From contig NC_087252.1 in NCBI RefSeq assembly GCF_037042905.1, forward strand, positions 15,688,001 through 15,752,000: DNA of 64,000 bases, in the 5' to 3' direction. This document shows, piece by piece, positions 52,162-62,240 of this stretch (positions are counted from its first letter, which is position 1; each line of letters starts with the position of its first letter). Source of the DNA: Lytechinus pictus. Its lineage: Eukaryota. The notes beneath the pieces are model-generated. The model saw nothing but the letters and a program-made list of their open reading frames with translations, made no database searches and was not told the DNA's origin. The position numbers and the translations under genes were made by a program.

Positions 52162-53817
52162 TGATTTCAAGTTCAGTGTTGACCTTCTGGTTTTGGTGTT
52201 GGGTGATTCTTTACATGAGTATAACACCAAACATAAAATGAAAATGGTCCTGAAAAGTCACTCACTAGTTGTTGAGGTGTCAATAATATGATCTGGATCA
52301 GTTTTACAAAATCAGAATAGGTTTTGGAGTTAGGGGAAGCAATCCACATTGTGCTTCCAATCCCAACGCTAACACCGGACTTGAAATCACCCAATGTAGT
52401 AGATTTTAAAAAGTCTTAGATGTTGTGTTAGGTGACAAGAAGTGTCCGATAAGACCCAAATTATCTTCTGTACTTGGAAGTTTAAGCATCAAATGGGTCT
52501 GATTGAGAAGGTCAGCCCCTAATACATGTATCAATGTAGCAATTTATGAAAAAGGGCTGTAAAGAGAGAGGGTGTTTATATAAAGATCCTAGATCATCGG
52601 CAATCCTTGGTCTTGGTGAGGGATGGATGATGTAGTCATTCAAAGATTGATGGAACGTCCATCAAATTGTTTTTTTTTCTATCATAGATGTAGCTATCAG
52701 ATACCTGGGGGTCGGTTCACAAGCATTTTAGAGTGACTGAATATTGCACTTAAATATAAAAAAGAGAAACAGAAAGGAAACAAGTGTGGAATATACCATT
52801 TTCTGAATATTATGTCAAAAATTAGATTTTTTGTATTAAAAATGTCAACATTTTTGTTGCCATTTATATGTGTATGTCTGGCCCCCTCGAAGGTTTTTGG
52901 CTCAGGCATTACACCACTGCCTAGGCCTACCCACGATCTCACATGAGTTATGCCGTGATCACACCAATGAACTTACATCGATGACAACTTTCATTCATTC
53001 TATCTCTCTTTCTATTAATCTTTCTCTTCTCCCTGCCTTTTCATTCCATCCTCCCCTCATTCCTTGACTCATCATTCCTTCATTGTTGATATTGACCCTC
53101 TTTATAGTGTGTTCATGTTTATGGGGTGATACCACAATGTTTATTATAAATCATTGTTTTATTGAAATCTTGGTTTCACACACCCCATCACACTCCTCTC
53201 CATATGTTTATTTTCTTCATAAATCTAGATGACACCACTACCAAGACCCATTCAGTGAATTCTTGTTTTCTTATAAACAAAGCTCTGGCTTTTCATTTAT
53301 TCCGGGGGATAGGGCAGGCAGTTGTCATAGACTAAATACATCATCAATCTGGAGACGTTCTGTGCCGAGTCCTGACCATTATCGCCCGTAAATACCTGTC
53401 TGAAATAATTGCCCCAGTACCATTATTAGTCATGCCAAAGACCCAAGGCATTTATAGCTCTGTAAATCAGTTGGTTAAGGCCTACGTGAGCACGATGGAA
53501 TGGAATATAAAACGAGAAAATTACTCCACTCGCTTGCTCTGAAACTTCGAGAATTGCTCCCAAGGTGCTTTCGAGCCGACTCGATCACCAAAATACCCAT
53601 ACATTTACTACAACTTTGTATACCTCAAAATACCCAATAATCTGAACTCACACCCAACTGGAAATTTCAGTGCGAAATCTAAGTCACGTTTAAATCTTTG
53701 TGAAACACCTCCTTGGTATTCTCGAACCGTGAAAGTTATTTGTCCGTGTCCTTGAAGTTTGAATGAAAGTTACTGGTGTTCAAGCAAGAATATGCACTAC
53801 AAAACAAAGATTAGGTC

Positions 53818-54340
53818 TACTCTGTAACACAGGGGTGTTAGAACTAACACTAGTTGGTGTCCCTAGAGCACCACAGCCTAAGGTGTTGAAATTAAACTCC
53901 AGAGATTAAACATAACACCAAGAGTGTAGAAGTCACTACCAAAACTGTTTTAACAGCACCCATAGGTGTCAAACTGACACCAAAATTCAACACCAGTGTA
54001 TGATGACTGATGTGGTTCTCTTTGTACACCAATCAACACCATATTTTCCCTGTTGGAATGAACACAGTGTCACAGTGTGATCACAGTGTGTTCACATAGT
54101 GGACTATGTGAAATATTATTCACACTGTTAAAATGCTCAAATTCAACATTGTGGACACATTTTAACACTGTGGACACCTGGACAGTGTGACTGTTCACAG
54201 CGTGTTCATGTGTTCGACTATGTAAATATGTGATTCACACGTTGAAATGCTCAAATTTAACAGTGTGAAGGTGATTTCACACTGTGAACACACTGTGGCA
54301 CACACATTGGGATACTGTTCTTTCCAGTAGGGTTTTGCCA
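53818..54340 (+). mobile_element. ACACC-rich MITE with a nested CACAGTG-rich MITE (54048-54332)
   Basis: tttt|CCCTGTTGGAA ... TTCCAGTAGGG|tttt, inserted in the terminal T-run of the host. Confidence 0.8.
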
Positions 54341-54399
54341 TGAATTATTTCAAGTTTTATCTAAATTTCTTTCTTGATTTTTATTGAATCTTTTATTAG

Positions 54400-54590
54400 A
54401 TCTGAAAGCGGAGTTTCGGGAAGAGCCAGTAAGTGATCAGCTGATCTCGGGAGACTCGGCAGTCCTTGAGTGCACCCCTCCCAGGGGTTACCCCGCCCCT
54501 GAGGTCACATGGCTAAAGGATGACGAACCAATCATACTGGATAATAATAGAGTCAAGATCGTTGAGGACGGGAATCTACTGCTCAAAGAG
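54400..54590 (+). CDS. robo: Roundabout exon: N-terminal part of Ig2
   Basis: Acceptor tcttttattAG ends at 54399; donor GAG|GTAAGC at 54591. Phase 1 to 0. Encodes (Y)LKAEFREEP...GDSAVLECTPPRGYPAPEVTWLKD...DGNLLLKE, with the Robo Ig2 signature EC-x-PPRG-x-P-x-P. Confidence 0.95.
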
Positions 54591-54621
54591 GTAAGCATCT
54601 ATTTGATCAAAGTCCTGTGGA

Positions 54622-54970
54622 AGAGCCGTGGTGTAGTGGTTCTGACTATCGCCTTGTAAACAGAGGGTTGTGTGTTCGAATCCCACCGCGGTCTAGCGTC
54701 CTTTGGCAAGGCGTTAATCCACACTTTGCCACTCTCGACCCAGGTGCTAAATGGGTACCTGGTAGGATGCGAAAGTTATTGTATGTTTGAATTTGCCAGC
54801 GCCATAATGAGGCTGCAGTGAATGCACGAAATGCTCCCCAGGGAGTGGAAATTGTGCACTTTTGGTGCGGGATTGAAATGAATCCAATGACCGGGGTAAT
54901 AATATGCTGTAATGCGCTTTGAGCCATTCTGGGAAAAGCGCTATACAAAAATTGGCAATTATTATTATTA
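54622..54970 (+). mobile_element. Full-length tRNA-derived SINE
   Basis: A box 54629-54639, B box gttcgaatcc 54674-54683, core cactctcgacccaggtg...aatgggtacc, and 3' aagcgctatacaaa followed by (ATT)n. Confidence 0.9.
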
Positions 54971-55020
54971 CACATTTTAATAATAATGATAAATGATAAT
55001 GATTTACAGTATAGCAATAT

Positions 55021-55500
55021 GTGACAAGCCACCCAAAAACCAACAATACCTCGCTGGGGAAGGTTCTCTAAATACAAAAAATAGTATTAAATTTGGTAAT
55101 AAAAAAGTTAGACTTATTAGATTAGCTTATCTTAAAGAATATTTATTTTCCTTCATACTGACAGAATGTGAAGTTGTAGATTACGTAACGGACAAGATGC
55201 AAGAGTTTCTTTGAATTTGAAATCACCTTCTTCTGGACTTCTTTTAAGGTTTTACTGAGATTGCACAGTGTGCACTGTTTTAGTGCTCGAGGGAACCCAA
55301 CATTTCAAACCTTGTTTTCTCCTTGAAGCACGCCTCTCACTAAATTTCTTCTACATTGACGCAAGTTCTTGTGTGGGTACTGTTGATCAAGTTTGACAAG
55401 TTATATACCATGGAGGATACATTTAAAACTTAGGATGTGCTTGTCATATCTCAGATATCATTTTTGGCAACTGATTTTTGGTTTGAGGGTGGTAGATCAC
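55021..55500. mobile_element. ATAT-flanked GTGAC-ended TIR element
   Basis: ATAT|gtgacaagccacccaaaaacc ... ggtttgagggtggtagatcac|ATAT. Interior homologous to 11855-12836. Confidence 0.72.
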
Positions 55501-55797
55501 ATATGCATATTTTGTAATTTAGAATAGAATGAAAATGAAAGCATGATTCTTCTCATGATGTGGGTGGAACTTGGGAGTTTCAATATTAAGTTATTGGGAA
55601 AGGATAGCTTGGCGAAAAGCAACTTTGAAGTAACTCTCAACTATTTTCTGCTCTATCTTATACAATGGGGGCGACAGTGGTCTATAATCCTGTAGATACA
55701 GGTTTTGGCAGTGTGAAATCTTATTCACCTCCACGGAAATAGCTTTAACGATACCTGTAACATAACAGATGTGGTGCCCTAGTTTGACACAGTTTTA

Positions 55798-56032
55798 CAC
55801 AGTAAAAAAAAAATGCTGTTTAAAATTCTATAACGCTGTGCACTATATTAACCCTACAATAGTTGTTTAAACAGTTGAAACAAGTGAGTAAAATCTTAAA
55901 CAATACAGTTTGATTTTTAATACTTCTCAATAGATTAAGCATGGCTGTTTAAACTGTTAAGCAACTGCTGTAGGGTTCCTATGGTAAACACTGCAGCGTT
56001 GTATAACATTTCAAACAGCGGTTTTTACTGTG
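55798..56032. mobile_element. CAC-ended (EnSpm-like) MITE with TA flanks
   Basis: TA|cacagtaaaaa ... tttttactgtg|TA with inverted arms. Confidence 0.78.
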
Positions 56033-56312
56033 TAGCCCAACAGATGGGGTGACCCTCGACTAAGGTCCCCCTACGTGGGTTTTGGCGGTGTGAAATACAA
56101 GATGAAACAAGTGTACACCTAAATGAGGATGTGGAGATAGACATATAGATGACAAACGCTTAACATGTATGTCCTCCCCGCAGCTGACATCGATATTTGT
56201 TACGCATGGAGGATGCATAGAGCGTTTGGTGTTTATGTCGCGGTCTGAGCGTGAAGTAATGAGCTAAAACTTCTCATGTAGGATGTTGACATACAATGCA
56301 GTCAGCTTATAA

Positions 56313-56502
56313 ACACTCTAAAAAGGATTGGTCAAAATTATACCATTTTCTTGGTTAATATGTGCACATGTACAATCAATAAAATTTGTGAAAATCAACC
56401 ACATTTCTTGTAGATTTTAACCATTGTTTTAGTTGATTTTGACAATTTTTTTGTCTATTGGAGAATGAGAATGGTCATTTTGACCAATCTTTTTATAGAG
56501 TA
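56313..56502. mobile_element. CACTCT-ended MITE
   Basis: cactctaaaaaggattggtcaaaat ... attttgaccaatctttttatagagt inverted termini. Confidence 0.7.
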
Positions 56503-57692
56503 TACATATGAAGACAAAGTAGCCCATAATTTTTGAAAGGCTATATTTTGAGCAACAAGCAGTAAATCCAAATATCATCGTTGTGTCATATGTTCAATAT
56601 TGATTTTCTAAATATTTAATAGTGACTATTTAGGGCAAGTCTGTTAAATATGGGTTGTCCCAAAGTATACAATTTGGCAATTTTGGGGGTGATATTGCTT
56701 GTTGCCCTTCTGTATTGTGCCATATATTTACAATATTCATTTTCTACATATTTAATATTATATTGTTTGTGGCAGATCCTATTTGTTTGTTTGTTGTTGT
56801 TGTTGTGTTTTTTTTTTTTTGGGGGGGGGGGCTCTAGGAAAGATTGATGCCCCAATGCATATCTATTTGGCACTTTTAGGGGCCATTTGGGCTGTGATAA
56901 GGGTGGTATCACCCATCAGCCACATGTATTTCTAATGCTGCTTGTAGTAGATAGAATTCAATCCAAAGCACTAATGCACTTTGGTGCCATGAAGGACCTA
57001 TTACAAAGATTGGAGGTCGATGAGTGAATGAAGGAGAGAGAAAAACATCTCCAAGAAAAAGCTCTGAACCAGAGAAATGTCCGGAGATATGAAAGATTAC
57101 AGTGATTGACATTCTTTAAAGACTTGTGTTAAAACATCTTTAATCATGCATTCATATTTTGTTATCTTCTTAAATACCTAATCAACCTTTAAAAAAGTTG
57201 AATACAACCTCAATTGGTGTGACTTGGGTGTTGGTAAATCCCCTTGGAAGTCCATATCACTATTCCAATTCATCATTAGAATATATCAATGTGTATGACA
57301 TTAAAATTATGACCTTGTTAAAAAAAATTGAAAATTGTTGTCCAGGATGAATTTTGTTATTAAAATTAAAATTCATTTTGATCAGGCTCCTAATTAAAAT
57401 ATGCCTTTCATTTCTTTTTTATATAAAACCTATAACAAAAACATAAAATGGGCTGGAAATGTCAGGATATAATCTTTGTCTATAGTTTTCTGGTAGCCAA
57501 TCACTAAGTTTATAAGAAAAGTGGTAAAAAGCTTTTTAGAAGAAAAATCGAAACATTTCTTATAAATGAGGCCACATTGTGATTTATTTACTGGGTGTGC
57601 TATATGAATTCATTTTTTAATCACTTTTCTGAATAATTCAAGCAAGATGATTATTAATTTGGTTTTTATTTATTTTCTTTTTTTTTTTTTAG

Positions 57693-57783
57693 CTGAGGAA
57701 AGACGATGAGGGAGAGTACAAGTGCAAGGCTCAAAACATGGCTGGGGAAATGATCAGCAAAGAAGCTTATCTCACTGTCCAAG
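57693..57783 (+). CDS. robo: Roundabout exon: C-terminal part of Ig2 (not in the ORF track)
   Basis: T-run acceptor ends in AG at 57692; donor AAG|GTATGT at 57784. Phase 0 to 1. Encodes LRKDDEGEYKCKAQNMAGEMISKEAYLTVQ with the Ig I-set D-x-G-x-Y-x-C motif. Confidence 0.93.
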
Positions 57784-58164
57784 GTATGTCATTCGTTTCA
57801 TCTTTGCATAAATATTCAAAGACAAACCAACGTTCAGATTTTTTCCATGATATTTATGATTTATGAATAGCATGGAATGATGTTTCACAGCATAGGATTG
57901 CTTTCAAATACCCTCACATTAAAGATATAACATTAACAAATAATTCTTTCCACTAAGTTCTCTATTATTCTTGTTTTATTTTATTTTTTTAATGTCATAT
58001 TTCCATTATTGTATTGTTTGTCAAAATGTAGAAATTGACAGTTCTTTGGCCTTTATTGATCCCCCACATCCTCTTCATTTTGATTTTTCTTTGGTTTACC
58101 ATTAACATTAATTTACTCCGTCACCAAATAATACTCAATTCATTATTTTTTTTTTCAAATACAG

Positions 58165-58303
58165 TGAAGCCATCGTTTATCAATCCGCCTCAAGATACGA
58201 TCACAGCGCCAGGTGAAGCTGCCGTTCTCAGATGCGAGGTGGAAGGAGACCCGCCCCCTACGGTGTCTTGGAGTCGAGAGATTGGGGATCTACCGCAAGA
58301 TAG
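58165..58303 (+). CDS. robo: Roundabout exon: N-terminal half of Ig3
   Basis: Acceptor ttttcaaatacAG ends at 58164; donor TAG|GTATGC at 58304. Phase 1 to 2. Encodes (V)KPSFINPPQD...LRCEVEGDPPPTVSWSREIGDLPQD(R). Confidence 0.94.
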
Positions 58304-58504
58304 GTATGCAGATATTATGATAATACTTAAACGTGTATTATGCGCATAATAATTAATACCTACAGGTAATGCATTAATGCCTAATTTCTATGTGATTTTC
58401 AATTTGACATATTAAACTAAATTTATTCAATCTAATCTATTTCAGGAGCTAGTCTTGGATGATTGATAAAGATGTATTCAAGAAAATATAGCTTAAAAGT
58501 GCAT

Positions 58505-58611
58505 TTAGTATTATTATTAATATTATCATTATTAGTATTATTAATATTATTGTTAATATCAATGTTAACATTATTATTGTTATCATTGTTATTATTATTA
58601 TTATTATTATA
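58505..58611. repeat. Degenerate (ATT)n microsatellite
   Basis: tat/att triplets. Confidence 0.85.
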
Positions 58612-59245
58612 GTTTAGAGAGATATGAGGTGGTATGTACGGTGGCATGATTCTCAAAATGAAGATGGATTTGCCTGTCACAATATTTTCATGCTTCCTTG
58701 AGCGTAAATGCCTATTATATTGATGAGATGTGGTAGATGATATCACCCATTATTGTGCCCAAACTGTATTAGGTTTATGATTTTAAAGATAAAAGAATTC
58801 AAGTCCGAGGTCATTTTCTTTGTGATGATGATTCTAAATGTGAATGAAGTGTAATGAATTTAGTTCAAATGGATTAAAACCCATCCTGAGCTTGATTTGT
58901 GATGTTGACCAATACATTAAGAAATGTCACAGAAGAAAAAGTAACAAAATCACAACCATTCTTCTTTGATGGATTGTTGTTGAATCTTCATTAATATGTT
59001 CCTATAATTTGTCTACCTTCTTGCAAAGCAAGTTCAAGTTAGGATGGACCTCCCATAAAAAGAGAGGAGTTAATTTTCTTTTTGAGGTTCTACAGTGTGG
59101 TTAGGTTATCTCTCTGTGGGTACATCGGTAAACACTAATTTTCCACCAATAACACTATTATTTTTCACCTCAGAACGTTTTTATGTGGCTGGCATCTTGG
59201 TCATTCATAAAATATTTCTATTTCAATTTTGAATTTTTATTGCAG

Positions 59246-59373
59246 AAGCCAGCAGCTTGCTGATAATTCTTTACGGATTCGTCACACGGAAGAGCTGGAT
59301 GACGGCGTGTATATCTGCACTGCCGAGAACATCTGGGGTACAAGTGATGCAAAGGCTAGACTCCGAGTTAGTG
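59246..59373 (+). CDS. robo: Roundabout exon: C-terminal half of Ig3
   Basis: Acceptor tttttattgcAG ends at 59245; donor GTG|GTAAGT at 59374. Phase 2 to 1. Encodes (R)SQQLADNSLRIRHTEELDDGVYICTAENIWGTSDAKARLRVS. Confidence 0.94.
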
Positions 59374-61537
59374 GTAAGTGTGTGGTATACTACAATGTAG
59401 TATTTAAAAGGGTAACAATGTCAGAACACAGACAAAAATGGAATTATCGTGAATGCCAAAAACCCTATACATCTACATAATTATATCGAATGAAAGTTAA
59501 ACTGCATTGATGAAAATTTGGGAAATCAATGCTACATCACTTCCGGCAAAGACCAAAAGTGTCATATCCCTGAAGAAGGCCGAAGCGTGCAGTTGAAAAT
59601 TTGGAGGTCAATAATTTTTGCCAAATTTCATTTGCATTAGGATCAAAAGTTTAAATTTTGGAACACTATATGTTTTTTCGATAGGTTGTTTTATTTTTCT
59701 TTAAAAATATGACATGAATTTTGCTGTAAAATGTATTTTCCATAGACCTCAGCCCTCATGGTCTCAGTCTCCTCTTGGGTAATAATAAATAAAAGGATAG
59801 ATATTAAAAGATACAATCATTGTAAAGCTTTCCATGAATTGTAAAAGAATATAGATTCGGGGCCTGTTTCATGAGACCTGCTATGATATTAACTTTGCAA
59901 TAGCAGTTTAATGCTACTGAAATCACCCAATTTGATTGGCTGATGGCAAACTTGTTATCTTTTTTTAAAAAGGGACACTGACAGTATGTTGTGGTATTCA
60001 TTATTGATGGCTGTAGGTATAAAGTGATAGGTTGTACAATATTGAGTTTCAAAGAACATGTGATGAAATATACTGGATTATAGATTATATACCTGGAAGA
60101 TTTCACCAAGGGAACAGATAGAGATTAATATACCAGGAGCCTAAGTTACACAACACCCCAGTTTCATGTGAAGGTATTTTCAAATTAAAACCATCTTGTG
60201 AAGTTATCCATCATTGTACGAAGATTCTTCCCCCCTTCTCATATATATACCTTTCCCCCCTCAGACAAGGCAGAGATTAATTTGTTGTACATGCGTCAAC
60301 TTGACGCGTCGTAATTGAGTTTGGGCCGGCGTAATTCTGTTCTGTTACCTACACCCCCCGTCATAATGCATATAGCATGTCGGGATTAATTCAATTTAGG
60401 TTTGCTACGGATAGGATTGCCTCCAACATTTTCCATCCTCATCCGAAACTGAGGCTGAAAATGGTCCCCATTTCTGTTTGGCAGCGTCGTGTTATCAACG
60501 ATGAGTAGGGCAATTCCTGTGTCTTTTTACCAAATCTTTATTTGTACATGTAAATGTAAATATATATTATCGTTGTTTTAATTGCCGGAAACCAATGCAT
60601 TTCAATACAATCCTATAACATGGTTGTAAATACTTGTGATATGTCCATTGCTTGCATTGATTTCACTCATGAAGGGTTGGTCTATTTTGTATGATGAAAA
60701 TCAATAATACTAATTCTTTTTAGTTTGTAGGGAAATAGATATAGGCAATGCTTCTTGGTTTCCAAGTAGTTATCCTTTTTTGTTTTCTTAATATAATCCA
60801 AGATAGAAAGATGCAGGGAAATACTCAGTCATTCAAAATGCAATACCCTTTTCAATGAGCACATGCTCAACTTGACCTCTCTTACCAGATCAGTGTAGCA
60901 TGCACATTAAAAAGAAAAGAAGCACAAAAAAGTACTTCCGTAGGTGCGTTTGCAAGGAGCGTTTCAGAACGCACATTCTGTTTTTGGAAAAGGCAGTGTG
61001 TACACACCCATATGGGGGAGAAAGACCGAGAAGTTTCCGTGTGAACCACCCTCAGGAGTGTGAAACCAACCTTGTATCTGTTACATGATTCAGTCAATAA
61101 CTCTTTATGAACATGATATACACGATGAAGATAGATGGATAGGACACATATGGCCATGTTATTAGGTGAATCATAGATAGGATCTCTTCCTTTCATAATA
61201 ATAAAACAAAATTGTGCATTAGATCGGTGACAGTATGTGAAAGACAGGCCAAGATTATTTCATATGATTTTTTTTAACATGAATTCGAGCTTTGAAGATG
61301 AAGTTGTAGGGTAATGTTAAATGGTTGTTGTAAGTGAGACTGTTTTTTTGCATGAATTAGCATAAAATGAAGATGAATTTAGTACAGTAATATTAAATGG
61401 CTGTTGAAATGAAAATTCATGCATACTATTAATTAACTGATGGTAAAGTCGTTGGCCTGACTTCTGAACTTGGTTTAATTTTAACTCTATTACTTTTGTC
61501 ACGACTGGCTTTCCATAGTTTAACAACTTTAGACCAG

Positions 61538-61680
61538 TGCCCCATTGCATAAGAGTTGCCATTATGGTAACTTTGCCATGCAATTGCTATTGAGCAATTG
61601 AGCTATTGAGCATCGTCGCCATGGTAGTTACCATTAAATGCCAAAGTTACTATAATAGTAACTTTTATGCAATGGGGGCC
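61538..61680. mobile_element. Harbinger-like MITE inserted at the centre of a palindrome
   Basis: cag|tgcccattgcataa ... ttatgcaatgggggcc|ctg. The flanks form an inverted repeat of about 40 bp. Confidence 0.75.
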
Positions 61681-61895
61681 CTGGTCGAAAGTTGTTAAAC
61701 TATGGAAAACAAGTTGTGACACAAATCTCTGAACAGAATAAGTTAAGTAAATTTATCTGCTATTTTGACACATGATTATTCATAACTGTCAGGAAATGAT
61801 AATTAAAATTGTTTTCTTCACAATCAAAGCATGAGGGTAGGTTAAAGCAGGCATAAGCGAAACATACAATGTAAACAAAATTGTGACATTTTCAG

Positions 61896-61901
61896 CTTCC
61901 C
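61896..61901 (+). CDS. robo: Candidate 6-nt alternative microexon in the Ig3-Ig4 linker
   Basis: acattttcAG|CTTCCC|GTAAGT. Symmetric phase 1-1; changes RVSAVPDF to RVSASPVPDF. The pyrimidine tract is short and there is no transcript evidence. Confidence 0.4.
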
Positions 61902-62058
61902 GTAAGTTTAGCGTAGAATTAAAATGGATTCAAGGATATGGGATATTGAGTTTAAAGATTTGAAAGTTATCAATATTTTTCAATATAATTCATCCACTAA
62001 TTGTATCCTTTAGACAATCGATAATTTAAAATCACAAATTTTTTTGTATTTTTTTTAG

Positions 62059-62183
62059 CTGTGCCTGATTTCATCCGTGCTCCTCGTGATAAAACTATCC
62101 ATGTTAATGAAATGGTTCGCTTTCAATGTGAAGCGGTCGGAAGCCCGCCCCCATCCATCCATTGGCAGAAAGCAGGAACAGAG
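62059..62183 (+). CDS. robo: Roundabout exon: N-terminal half of Ig4
   Basis: T-run acceptor ends in AG at 62058; donor GAG|GTGAGT at 62184. Phase 1 to 0. Encodes (A)VPDFIRAPRDKTIHVNEMVRFQCEAVGSPPPSIHWQKAGTE. Confidence 0.93.
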
Positions 62184-62240
62184 GTGAGTCTTCACTTTAT
62201 ATCTTTCGTTGCATTATTATTACATATCTCTAAAGAGTTA

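Noticed and set aside
54622..54695. tRNA gene
   Set aside because: A and B boxes are present but there is no complete cloverleaf, and it continues into a SINE core and tail. The same holds for 10840-10913 and 50345-50410.
38361..62183. Alternative identities (hemicentin, Dscam, DCC/neogenin, L1CAM)
   Set aside because: [15 protein letters not shown] and ECxPPRGxPxP in this order are characteristic of Robo Ig1-Ig2.
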